From NCBI RefSeq assembly GCF_032444005.1, contig NC_091284.1, positions 841,216,001 to 841,280,000 on the forward strand: a stretch of 64,000 nt of DNA, read 5' to 3'. The notes beneath the pieces were generated by a model, which had not been told where the DNA came from, made no database searches, and saw nothing but the letters and a program-made list of their open reading frames with translations. How positions within the stretch are numbered: the stretch's first letter is position 1; the number at the start of each line of letters is the position of its first letter. Below, in pieces: positions 24,812 through 36,803 of the stretch. The translations under genes and the position numbers were made by a program. The stretch is from Ranitomeya imitator (lineage: Eukaryota).

Positions 24812-26375
24812 CACTACCGTTCAAAAGTTTAGGGTCACCCAGACAATTTTGTGTTTTCCATGAAAACTCATACTTTTATTAATCAAATGAGTTGCCAAAT
24901 GAATTGAAAATCTAGTCCAGGCATTGACAAGGTTCGAAAAAATGATTTTTATTTGAACTAATAATTTTCTCCTTCAAACTTTGCTTTTGTCACAGAATGC
25001 TCCTTTGCAACAATTCCAGCATTGCAGACCTTTGGCATTCTAGCAGTTAATTTGCTCAGGTCATCTGGAGAAATTTCACCCCATGCTTCCAGAAGCCCCT
25101 CCACAAGTTGGTTTGGCTTGATGGGCACTATTTGTGCACCATACGGTCAAGCTGCTCCCACAACTGCTCAATGGGGTTGAGATCTGGTGACTGCACTGGC
25201 CGCTCCATTACAGATAGATACCAGCTGCTGCTTCTTCCCTAAATAGTTCTTGCATAATTTGGAGGTGGCTTGGGGTCATTGTCCTGTTGTAGGATGAAAT
25301 TGGCTCCAATCAGGCGCTGTCCACAGGGTATGGCATGGCGTTGCAAAATGGAGTGATAGCCTTATTCAAAATCTCTTTTACCTTGTACAAATCTCCCACT
25401 TTACCTTACCTCCACCATGCTTGACAGATGGCGTCACACTCTTCCAGCATCTTTTTAGTTGTTCTCCGTCTCACAAATGTTCTTCTGTGTGATCCAAACA
25501 CCTCAATCTTGGACTCGTCTGTCCATAACACTTTTTCCAATCTTCCTCTGTCCAATGTTCTTTTGCCCATATTAATCTTTTCCTTTTATAAGCCAGTCTC
25601 AGATATGGCTTTTTCTTTGCCTCTCTGCCCTGAAGGCCAGCATCCCGGAGTCGCCTTTTCACTGTAGATGCTGACACTGGCGTTTTGCGTGTACTTTTTA
25701 ATGAAGATGCCAGTTGAGGACCTGTGAGGCGTCGATTTCTCAAATTACAGACTCTAATGTACTTGTCTTGTTGCTCAGTTGTGCAGCGCGGCCTCTCACT
25801 TCTCTTTCTACTCTGGTTAGAGCCTGTTTGTGCTCTCCTCTGAAGGGAGTAGTACACACCGTTGTAGGAAGTCTTCAGTTTCTTGGCAATTTCTCGCATG
25901 GAATAGCCTTAATTCCTAAGAACAAGTACAAACTGTTGAGTTTCACATGAAAGTTCTTTTTTTCTGGCCGTTTTGAGAGTTTAATGGAACCAACAAATGT
26001 AATGCTCCAGATTCTCAACTAGCTCAAAGGAAGGTCAGGTTTATAAGTTCTCTAAACAGCCAAACTGTTCTCAGCTGTGCTAATATACTTGCACAAGGGT
26101 TTTCAAGAGTATTCTAACCATCCATTAGCCTTCTTTCACAGTTAGAAAACACACAGTACCATAAGAACACTGGAGTGATGGCTGTTGGAAATGGGCCACT
26201 ATACACCTATGAAGATATTGCGTTACAAACCAGACGTCTGCAGCTCGAATAGTCATTTACCACATTAACAATGTATAGAGTATATTTCTGAATCTAAATG
26301 TTAGCTTCATTGGAAAAAAACTGCTTTTCTATCAAAAATAATTTCTAAGTGACCCTAAACTTTTGAACGGTAGTG
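24812..26375 (-). mobile_element. Degenerate Tc1 transposon (1564 bp)
   Basis: Perfect 27-bp TIRs CACTACCGTTCAAAAGTTTAGGGTCAC and a TA TSD. Transposase fragment 25471-25899 (MREIAKKL...RPRCTT...LRNRRLT...STVKRRL). Confidence 0.93.
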
Positions 26376-27586
26376 TACATATAATTTTTCTTCTTTATAA
26401 TATCTTTTATACTTTGTAAACACTGCTTACTTTTTTTTAGAGTAAAATATAAAAGTACTAGCTTGTCTCTCCTTGTTCTATAACAAACTGTCGTGTCCAG
26501 TCACGATATTGTATGAAATATCATATAAGTTTAGTTTCTCTTGTTAGCCCAGGCTGTGGGCTAAAACCCCCCTTCCCTTTCACTCAGGCAAGAGCTTGCC
26601 TTGTCAATGTATGTGGGGGAGTTTTATTGAAGAAAAATATTTAAGACTGGCATAGCTGCAGTGGAAAGTTGTACCAGCTGAAACTGGTCGGAATCCCCTT
26701 TGAAAAACCTGAGGGTCTTTGTTCTAATATGATAAGATATTGGGCCAACAACTTGGGGTAGGAGAATATTGAATACATATTGTTAACGTCCATCGGCGGA
26801 TCTGTCAGCCACTGTAAAAATGAGTTTCTAACTATATCAGGTAAAAAGTAGGGATTTCTCTGTAATTATGCATCACAAATAGGACATATTTGATCTCATT
26901 AGAATGCCAATGTTAATACGAGATGAATGCTGGGTTTGTTATGACTATGACATGTTCTGTAGCGGAGTTACAGGCATTAGACAAATTTAGGTTAAATTTA
27001 GTTAAACTGAAGAGATAGGAGGGTCTGGGAAAACCAGCTCTTTTTGTGATGTCATCAGGTTGAGCTATAAGTCTGCCAGGCACCCCAGCCTGCGGCTGTC
27101 TATCTGCTGGAGCCTATGTGAGACTGACTTGAAGAGCTGTTCCTAACCAGATCCCTGATGCACTGGGACAGATGGAAACTCCACCACTAGCCTGGATGCC
27201 TCACATGATCTAGTGTGATGTGATGTAAGTGTTATTTCTCATTTAACCCCTGTTATTTTTATAATTACTTTGTACATATTTTCAATTGTCTCATATTGTA
27301 ACATCTTTATATAACTGTTTATAAACACCGCCTTAAACCTTTTATGGAGTATAATATTTAATATACTAGATTCGTTCTTCCTGTTCTAAAACGTACCCTA
27401 AGTCTTCTGAAGGGAATTACGCTACTGTTTTGGGTTAGCTTCGGACCCGTTTAAACGAAGCTGGTGGCAGCATATCATGTGCGGGCCTTTGGGTGTCGTT
27501 GTAGTGACTGCGGCGTTGATAATTATTGTTCCTGCCTGAGCGGGAGTAGTCAAATCGCGTCGCTGCAGCGTGCCCAATAGCCAGTA

Positions 27587-27953
27587 ACATAGTAACATAG
27601 TAACATAGTCAGTAAGGCCGAAAAAAGACATTTGTCCATCCAGTTCAGCCTATATTCCATCATAATAAATCCCCAGATCTACGTCCTTCTACAGCACCTA
27701 ATAATTGTATGATACAATATTGTTCTGCTCCAGGAAGACATCCAGGCCTCTCTTGAACCCCTCGACTGAGTTCGCCATCACCACCTCCTCAGGCAAGCAA
27801 TTCCAGATTCTCACTGCCCTAACAGTAAAGAATCCTCTTCTATGTTGGTGGAAAAACCTTCTCTCCTCCAGACGCAAAGAATGCCCCCTTGTGCCCGTCA
27901 CCTTCCTTGGTATAAACAGATCCTCAGCGAGATATTTGTATTGTCCCCTTATA
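27587..27953 (-). mobile_element. 5'-truncated CR1 LINE in the 5' LTR of element B
   Basis: Same family as 2905-3690, with a (CTATGTTA)n tail and TSD CAGTA (27582-86 / 27954-58). It is absent from the 3' LTR (about 41597). Confidence 0.95.
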
Positions 27954-28278
27954 CAGTACATAGCAGGCAGCCTTTCTGGTGATTCATTACCCTAGGTGCA
28001 GTACCTAATCTGACCTAAGAGTAAGGAGGGCACCAGAGAGCTGCAACTTTCAAGTAGTACTGTAAGTGGGATATACATAAATCCCTGCAGTTCGTGGTAT
28101 ATTGAATACAGTAGGATACCTAAAATAAGCCCCTGCAGTAAACTATAGGTCAATAGCCTTGTGTGTATGGAGGGATAACTAAGATAAGCCCCCCTGCACA
28201 TGTGATAGCCGTCTGTTGGCCTAAAGTCACCCCGATCTGTGATGTGGGGGTGGCGGTCACGGTGGAATCGTGACAAAT

Positions 28279-28299
28279 TGGTGGCAAGGCGGTGGGATC
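28279..28299 (+). promoter_or_regulatory. Primer-binding site of element B, complementary to the tRNA-Leu 3' end
   Basis: TGGTGGCA(AG)GCGGTGGGAT versus the reverse complement of vertebrate tRNA-Leu 3' end, TGGTGGCAGCGGTGGGAT; 2-nt insertion. Confidence 0.75.
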
Positions 28300-28310
28300 T
28301 TAGAGCATTA

Positions 28311-29013
28311 AGGTACCTTCACACTCAGCGACGCTCCAGCGATGCCGACAACGATGTCGATCGCTGCAGCGTCGCTGTTTGGTCGCTGTAGCGCTGTCAC
28401 ACAGACAGCTCTCCAGCGACCAACGATGCCGGTAACCAGGGTAAACATCGGGTTACTAAGCCCAGGGCCGCGCTTAGTAAACAGATGTTTACCCTGGTTA
28501 CCAGCGTAAAAGTTAAAAAACAAACACTACATACTTACCTCCCGCTGTCTGTCCCCGGCGCTCTGCTTCCTGCACTGACTGTAAGCACAGCGGCCGGAAA
28601 GCAGAGCGGTGATGTCACCGCTGTGCTTTCCGGCTGGCCGGCGCTCACAGTCAGTGCAGAGAAGCACAGCGCCGGGGACAGACAGCGGGAGGTAAGTATG
28701 TAGTGTTTGTTTCTTTTAACTTTTACGCTGGTAACCAGGGTAAACATCGGGTTACTAAGCGCGGCCCTGCGCTTAGTAACCCGATGTTTACCCTGGTTAC
28801 CAGTGAAAACATCGCTGAATCGGCGTCACACACGCCGATTCAGCGATGTCTGCGGGAGTCCAGCGACCAAATAAAGTTCTGGACTTTCTGCAGCGACCAA
28901 CGACATCACAGCAGGATCCTGATCGCTGCTGCGTGTCAAACTGAACGATATCGCTAGCCAGGACGCTGCAACGTCACGGATCGCTAGCGATATCGTTCAG
29001 TGTGACGGTACCT
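28311..29013. mobile_element. Harbinger-type MITE, strongly palindromic
   Basis: TIRs AGGTACCTTCACACT / AGTGTGACGGTACCT and TTA TSD. Internal GTAACCAGGGTAAACATCGGG hairpins. Confidence 0.9.
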
Positions 29014-29196
29014 TTAGTGATTTGGTTTGAGCAATCACTCTTCTCACAAAAAACTTGCAAAGTTCTTGCGAGGACTCTGCGCAAATAAATTTGGAGAACG
29101 AACTCAGTGTTTATTAGTCCTGAGACAATTGTGTGTACTGGTAATTATCCCCTCCCTTTCTCTTTGTTTTTCTGTCCTATCTTTTATTTGGCAACC

Positions 29197-30679
29197 ATGG
29201 TTGTGCTGGGAGAAACCTTTTATAAGCAGCAGACCAAAGACACCCTTATTGCCTTATGCAGGTCACAGCACATTGACTTTGCTGGCAAAAACAAAGCCCA
29301 ACTGGTCTCAGACCTGGTGCAATGGGAAGCCGCCCTAGACCAAGCCAGGCCACAGAGCCCAGTGGCCGCAGAAGCCAGCACAAGCGAACATGGTGCTGCA
29401 GCAGAGGTCCAACCATTAAATGCCGGCTCTATTAGCATTTAGCGAATTGGACCCCCACCTGCTGGCGGTCTTGAAACTACTCCCCGCCGATGACCGTGAT
29501 GGACGTCGGTAGCTGATCCAGCAACACCAGGAGAGAGCCGAGCGGCAAGCGGAGCGGGAGTACCAGCTGCAGTTAGCTCGACTGCAAATGCAGGGGTCGT
29601 CCCAGTCCAGCCGTGAGCCCAGCAGTGCTCAGACACCGAAGCCCCGGCCTGAGCACTTTCCTGTGATGGAAAAGGATGGGGACTTGGACACTTTTCTGTG
29701 GGCCTTTGAGAAAGCCTGCAGACAGTACGGGCTGCCTGGGGACCAATGGGCACGATACCTGACCCCTGGGCTGAGAGGCAAAGCTCTGGAGGCGTTTGCT
29801 GCCCTCCCTCAAGAACAAGATGGAGACTATGAGGCCATCAAGCAGGCTCTGATAGCCAAGTACCAGCTTACACCCGAGGTGTACCGTAGAAAGTTCCAGA
29901 CCCTCCAACGTGGCCCACACGACAGCTACGGCAATGTGGTGCATGGACTGAGGACCCACTTTATCCAGTGGATCCAAGGACTGTCAGTGACCACCTTTGA
30001 GCAGCTGGGATACCTGATGATCAAAGACCAGTTCTTTCATCTTTGCCCAGCTGGGGTGCGACAGTTCGTGATGGACAGAGAACCCAAAGATGTGACGAAA
30101 TCAGCGCAGATTGCCGATGCCTATGAGGCCAACCGTAGATCGGAAGTGCGGAAACCAGTCACCACCAGCTGGAGAGGGGGTAAGCCTGCAACCAACGCCA
30201 GTACCCCTGCCAGCCAACATACCAGAGGTCCTGTCTCCGCGGCCAACAGCACCAGACCTACCAATGAACCTCGCCAGTGTTTCCACTGCAAGCAGACTGG
30301 TCATATCAGTCCCTACTGTCCAGACAAGCCGAAGAACCCCCCAGCCAAGGCCCCAGGGCCTAATGCAGCAGTTCTTTTAGTGGGTGGTGTGGTTGGGAGG
30401 GTGTGTGACAACGTACAGCACGTCACTGTGGGAGGCCATGTTGCTACAGGCCTCAAGGACATCGGGGCTGAATGAACACTCATCCGACCCGAACTGGCGG
30501 CCCCTGAAGAAATCATTCCGGGGGAAACCCTAACTGTCACTGGGATTGGGGGCATCAGCTGTCCCTTACCGATGGCCCGGGTTTTTATTGATTGGGGTGC
30601 TGGGAGCGGGGTGAAGGAAGTGGGGCTGTTTGATAATTTGCCCACTGATGTTTTGTTGGGGACTGATTTGGGGAGGATG
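29197..30679 (+). pseudogene. Element B gag (SCAN domain, CCHC knuckle) and protease; broken
   Basis: SCAN-like TPEVYRRKF...W...DQFFHLCP..VRQFV...P...A..ADAY; CFHCKQTGHISPYC; degenerate protease motif DIGAE followed by a stop. Confidence 0.9.
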
Positions 30680-33600
30680 TGTTAGGAGTCGAGTTTCCTC
30701 TGCTGCACAGGGGGAATCTCGATCCGTCTCCGCTGCGGTCTCCCATTCCCCTCCAGCCGCAGTGGAGTCTGCTCAGCAGGGACGTCGATCCCAGCGTCTC
30801 GCTCAGTCTGACTCTGTGAGAAGAGTTATTGCTGCTTCTCCAGCTTCTGCCTTTGAAGCCTATTCTGGTCAGCAGCGAGCGGACTTCTCTGGGACTAAGT
30901 CCTTATCTGCACACACTGAGCATGCCCAGGGCAAGATCTCCCGTTGGAGATCGAGGGTCATGTGCTCAGGCTCTGCGGCACATTCCATTGGTCCTCTTGG
31001 CAGGTCCTAGAAGGGCAAAAGTTCTATAGCCATTTCCTGTGCTGCAGCTATATAAACTGTGCATGACCGCACGGCCATGCGCTAGTATTGTCTTACAATT
31101 GATATGTGTGTATGTGTGAGTGCAAGTCGTTCTTGGTTACCCCTTCCCTATTGAATGTCTGTTCGCGGAAGGTGTACGGCTGCTATCTAGCGCCCGACTT
31201 AGCTTACTACACTAAACACACATCACAGCGTCTTGTAGCTGTGCCTGCCAGTACGGCGCCGTGCGCCTGCCTTGCGCTTTCCATACCCAAGTCTGGGTGG
31301 TTAGTGGCGTCCGTTAGTGCGGCATCGCTCGCGCACTTGTGCGCTTATATTTCTGAAGGTTCTCTACACACCCAGTTGCGGTGTTGTGCCAGCAAGGGCC
31401 TAATCGGGCTTCAATCCCTTCTGGGGTTAAGTCCGCTGGCCACTTGCTCGCACTCTAGTGCGGTATTGCGGTCCTGTGAATTAACAGGATCGCTTTCCTC
31501 ACGCTGGGTGAGGTTTAACCCACGCGTGTTTACTTTAGTGTACCGCTATATAGTCTGCAAATTGCTAGCAGCAGGTTCTCACCTGCACGGTGGACCCCGG
31601 ACTGCGAACGCATCTTTGTCACCTGTCTTGGTGCGTTCCGCCAGTCCTAACATAATACTAGCGCCAGGGTCTGGCTAGTAAATGGCAGACGGTCAGCGTC
31701 TACAGCAGTACATCCAGCAGCTGGAGGGTAGGTTGGCGGCTCTCGAGCGCACAACCTCAGCTGTGGACGTTACTGCTGTCGCTGTTCAGGCTGCAAGTGC
31801 AGCTGCAGCCAGTTTGTCCGCTGCTACCCCTGCTCCGACCTTATCCCGTCTCCCGCTTCCAGACAAGTTTGCTGGTGACAGTAAGCCATGTCGGGGATTC
31901 GTGAGCCAGTGCTCCATACATCTCGAGCTGCTGGCTGCACGTTTTCCTACGGAACGGGCGAAAGTGGGATTCATTATATCTCTCTTGTCGGGCAGGGCGT
32001 TGGAGTGGGCAACGCCGCTTTGGGAACGTGGTGATCGTGTGGTGCAGAGTGCTCCTATCTTCCTGGACGCTCTGAGGCAGGTCTTTCTGGGACCTCGTGT
32101 CACCCACGATACCGCGCTCCAATTGTTGGCAATTACTTAGGCTTCGTCCATGGTCAGCCAGTTTGCCATCCTATTCCGGACTCTAGCTTCTGAGCTGGAA
32201 TGGCCGGATAAAGTCCTTATTCCGGTGTTCTGGAAAGGACTGGCAGATCATGTGAAGGACGCCTTGGCCACCAGGGAGATTCCCGCCACACTGGAGGAGC
32301 TTATTACTATAGCTACCCGCATCGATCTCCGTTTTAACGAGCGGAGGTTGGAGCGGACCCAGTGTAGGCAGAGGTTTCGGCTGGCTCCCATCTTTGCCAA
32401 ACCTCTAGAATCTCCTGTTATGGCGTCCGACTCCCATGAGGCCATGGAGGTTTCTCGAGCGGGATCTAGGTCTCAGACCGCTCGAGTACCTGTGCTATGT
32501 AAAAATTGCCAGCAACCGGGACATTTCGCTAATAAATGTCCACGGCGGTCGGGAAAACGATCGCGTCTAGTGTCCATTGGAGGAGGTTCACTGGACACCG
32601 CGGCATTTTCCTCAAAATTGTCCTTTAAAGGGACAATCCTGTTAGGCACATCCACTCTTACAGTAGAGCTTTGTGTGGATTCAGGAGCAGAGGGAAATTT
32701 TATGTCTTCTGCTTTTGCTCAGCGCCACGCAATACCTCTGGCTATGCTAGCCAAACCAGTAACCGTGAGAGTGGTGAATGGGTCGACACTTCCATTACAG
32801 ATCACACATCAGACTGTCCCTTTCACGTTAGCCATGTCCCCATCCCACCAGGAGACTATTTCCCTTCTTGTCCTTCCCGAGGGAATGGATGAGATTCTGT
32901 TGGGAATACCCTGGCTTCGTTTCCACTCCCCACATATTGAGTGGACCTCTGGGAGGATATTGGGTTGGAGTGAATCCTGCAAGGGCAGATGTGTGAAAGA
33001 GTGCGTTCAGGTTTCCACCACTGAGATACCCGCAGATCTCTCTACTCTCCCCAAACACTATTGGTCTTATGCAGACGTCTTTTCCAAAAAAGCCGCGGAG
33101 ACCCTTCCGCCTCACCGTCCCTATGACTGTCCTATAGATCTCTTGCCTGGAGCAGAACCTCCTCGGGGACGTGTCTATCCCCTCTCTCTCCCGGAAACGG
33201 AGGCTATGTCCCAATACATCCAGGAGAATTTGGCAAGAGGATTTATTAGGAAGTCAGTGTCACCAGCTGGGGCAGGGTTCTTCTTCATACAGAAGAAGAA
33301 TGGAGAGTTGCGTCCTTGCATAGACTACAGGGGTCTTAACGCCATCACCGTTAAAAATAAGTACCCGCTGCCCCTGATTTCTGAGCTTTTTGATAGGCTA
33401 CGGGGAGCTAAGGTATTTACCAAATTAGACCTGCGGGGAGCTTATAACCTGATTCGCATTCGTGAGGGGGACGAATGGAAGACGGCGTTTAACACCAGAG
33501 ATGGGCATTATGAGTATCTGGTGATGCCCTTCGGGCTCTGTAATGCCCCAGCCGTTTTCCAAGACTTTGTCAACGACATCTTCCGGGATATGCTTTCCAC

Positions 33601-36600
33601 CTCGGTCGTAGTCTATCTGGATGATATTCTCATCTTCTCTCCAGATATTGACTCCCACCGGAGAGATGTTGGCAGAGTCTTCGACCTCTTACGGGCAAAC
33701 TCTCTTTACGCAAAGTTGGAGAAGTGTGTGTTTGAGCAGGAGTCTTTACCTTTCCTGGGCTATATCATCTCTGCCCAAGGATTGGCTATGGATCCTGCCA
33801 AACTACAGGCTGTGATGGACTGGCAAGAACCCCATTCACTTAAAGCGGTGCAGCGCTTTATGGGGTTCATTAATTATTACCGCCAGTTCATCCCTCATTT
33901 CTCAACTTTGGTAGCTCCCTTGGTAGCCCTCACCAAAAAGGGAGCAAATCCCAAAGTGTGGTCTGAAGAGATCTCCAGGGCCTTTTCTTCTACTAAGTCT
34001 CATTTTGCTAGCGCTCCCATCCTACATCGTCCCGATGTCGATAAGCCGTTTATAATGGAGGTGGATGCCTCTTCCGTTGGTGCTGGAGCAGTCCTCTTCC
34101 AGAAGGATGCTCAAGGTCGGAAGCATCCGTGCTTTTTCTTCTCCAAGACCTTCACACCAGCGGAGAGGAATTATTCCATCGGGGACAGGGAGTTGCTAGC
34201 GATGAAATTGGCTTTCTCTGAGTGGAGACATCTCTTGGAGGGGGCTCGTTTTCCCTTTCAAGTATTTACAGACCATAAAAATTTGCTATATTTGCAAACA
34301 GCCCAGAGGCTAAATTCTCGCCAGGCCAGATGGTCCTTATTCTTCTCCCGATTCCACTTCACCCTCCATTATGTCGCTGGGGAGAAGAACATTCGAGCTG
34401 ATGCTCTTTCTCGCTCTGTTGTGTCATCTGAGGAGGAGGAAGGAGAGCCTCGGCTTATTGTTCCTTCTGAGAGCTTGAGAACCGTGGCTCCGGTGTCGCT
34501 TGAGTCTGTGCCTCCGGGCAAGACTTTTGTGCCCATAAATTTGCGACCGGAGGTTCTCTCTTGGGCTCATTCCTCCAGGGTGGGTGGACACTTTGGGACT
34601 AAAAGGACATCTGAGCTGCTGGCGAGGACGTACTGGTGGCCGCATATGCTGCGAGATGTCAGGGATTACGTTCTGGCGTGTGTCTCATGCGCCAAAAATA
34701 AGTCTCCTCGACAACGGCCGTCTGGGTTACTCTATCCCTTGCCGGTGGCAGACAGGCCCTGGGAGATGGTCGGGATGGACTTTGTAGTGGGTTTGCCCAA
34801 GTCTCGCGGCTGTACCGTCATTTGGGTAATTACCGATCATTTCTCGAAAATGGTGCACTTGGTGCCGCTCCCACGGTTACCTTCTGCACGGGCCTTGGCA
34901 GCGTTGTTCATAAGACACATCTTCCGCCTACACGGCATGCCAGACAAAATTGTCAGTGACCGGGGTCCCCAGTTTGCGTCTCGGTTCTGGAGAGAGCTTT
35001 GTCGTCTTCTCAGCATTGAGTTAAATCTCTCTTCCGCATATCATCCCGAGACGAATGGGTTGGTAGAGAGGGCCAATCAGACTCTGGTCACATATCTGCG
35101 ACATTTTGTTTCTGCCAGGCAGGATGACTGGGTATCTTTATTACCATGGGCAGAGTTCGCCCTTAATAACGCTGTTGCCGATTCCACCGGTCAGACTCCT
35201 TTCCTCCTTAATTACGGCCAGCATCCGCGGGTTCCTGTGCCTATGCCCGTGTCCTCTGCTGACTCCAGGGTGGCAGACTGGGCAGTGGAGGCACGGGACA
35301 TTTGGGACCGCACTCAGGATGCCATTCGGGCCTCGAAGGAGAGAATGAGGTCCTCCGCCGATGCACATCGGCGCCCTGCCCCGGCCTTTGCTCCTGGCGA
35401 CTTGGTGTGGCTCTCCGCCCGTAACATCAGGCTGCGAGTTGAGTCCACTAAGTTTGCTCCTCGCTACTTGGGCCCATTCAAGGTCCTCGAGCAGGTTAAT
35501 CCCGTGGTCTACCGCCTGGCTCTTCCTCCACGCTTGGGTATCACCGACACCTTTCATGTGTCCCTCTTGAAACCCGTATACATGTCCCGGTTTTCCGAGT
35601 CATCTGCCGGGACATCGGGTTCGTCTACGGACGATTACGAGGTGAACGCTATTTTGGGGTGCAAGGTGGTACGCGGCAAAAAGTTTTATTTGGTGGATTG
35701 GAAGGGTTATGGTCCAGAGGACAGGTCTTGGGAGCCTGCTGAAAACATTCGGGCCCCACAGCTCATTGCTGCCTTCGAGCGTAGCGAGGCCCAAGGAGGG
35801 GGGGGCCCTAGGAGGGGGGGTAATGTTATAGGAGTCGAGTTTCCTCTGCTGCACAGGGGGAATCTCGATCCGTCTCCGCTGCGGTCTCCCATTCCCCTCC
35901 AGCCGCAGTGGAGTCTGCTCAGCAGGGACGTCGATCCCAGCGTCTCGCTCAGTCTGACTCTGTGAGAAGAGTTATTGCTGCTTCTCCAGCTTCTGCCTTT
36001 GAAGCCTATTCTGGTCAGCAGCGAGCGGACTTCTCTGGGACTAAGTCCTTATCTGCACACACTGAGCATGCCCAGGGCAAGATCTCCCGTTGGAGATCGA
36101 GGGTCATGTGCTCAGGCTCTGCGGCACATTCCATTGGTCCTCTTGGCAGGTCCTAGAAGGGCAAAAGTTCTATAGCCATTTCCTGTGCTGCAGCTATATA
36201 AACTGTGCATGACCGCACGGCCATGCGCTAGTATTGTCTTACAATTGATATGTGTGTATGTGTGAGTGCAAGTCGTTCTTGGTTACCCCTTCCCTATTGA
36301 ATGTCTGTTCGCGGAAGGTGTACGGCTGCTATCTAGCGCCCGACTTAGCTTACTACACTAAACACACATCACAGCGTCTTGTAGCTGTGCCTGCCAGTAC
36401 GGCGCCGTGCGCCTGCCTTGCGCTTTCCATACCCAAGTCTGGGTGGTTAGTGGCGTCCGTTAGTGCGGCATCGCTCGCGCACTTGTGCGCTTATATTTCT
36501 GAAGGTTCTCTACACACCCAGTTGCGGTGTTGTGCCAGCAAGGGCCTAATCGGGCTTCAATCCCTTCTGGGGTTAAGTCCGCTGGCCACTTGCTCGCACT

Positions 36601-36798
36601 CTAGTGCGGTATTGCGGTCCTGTGAATTAACAGGATCGCTTTCCTCACGCTGGGTGAGGTTTAACCCACGCGTGTTTACTTTAGTGTACCGCTATATAGT
36701 CTGCAAATTGCTAGCAGCAGGTTCTCACCTGCACGGTGGACCCCGGACTGCGAACGCATCTTTGTCACCTGTCTTGGTGCGTTCCGCCAGTCCTAACA
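30680..36798 (+). mobile_element. Young chromovirus (Tf1/sushi-type Gypsy) 'C' nested in B
   Basis: LTRs at 30680-31652 and 35824-36798, with no difference seen apart from a 2-nt insertion near the start. 5-bp TSD GGATG. Purine tract before the 3' LTR. Confidence 0.97.
31682..35965 (+). pseudogene. Element C gag-pol, single frame with one in-frame TAG at 32138-32140
   Basis: Gag (LPDKFAGD...; [14 protein letters not shown]), [34 protein letters not shown] plus D/D/E, GPF, and chromodomain [34 protein letters not shown]. ORFs 31682 and 32150 are in frame. Confidence 0.93.
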
Positions 36799-36803
36799 GG
36801 ATG

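Noticed and set aside
31106-31678. 190-aa ORF inside LTR C (duplicated at 36252)
   Set aside because: Starts at a GTG in a TG-rich tract, has no domain, and lies in R/U5. It may be chance, although this was not tested.
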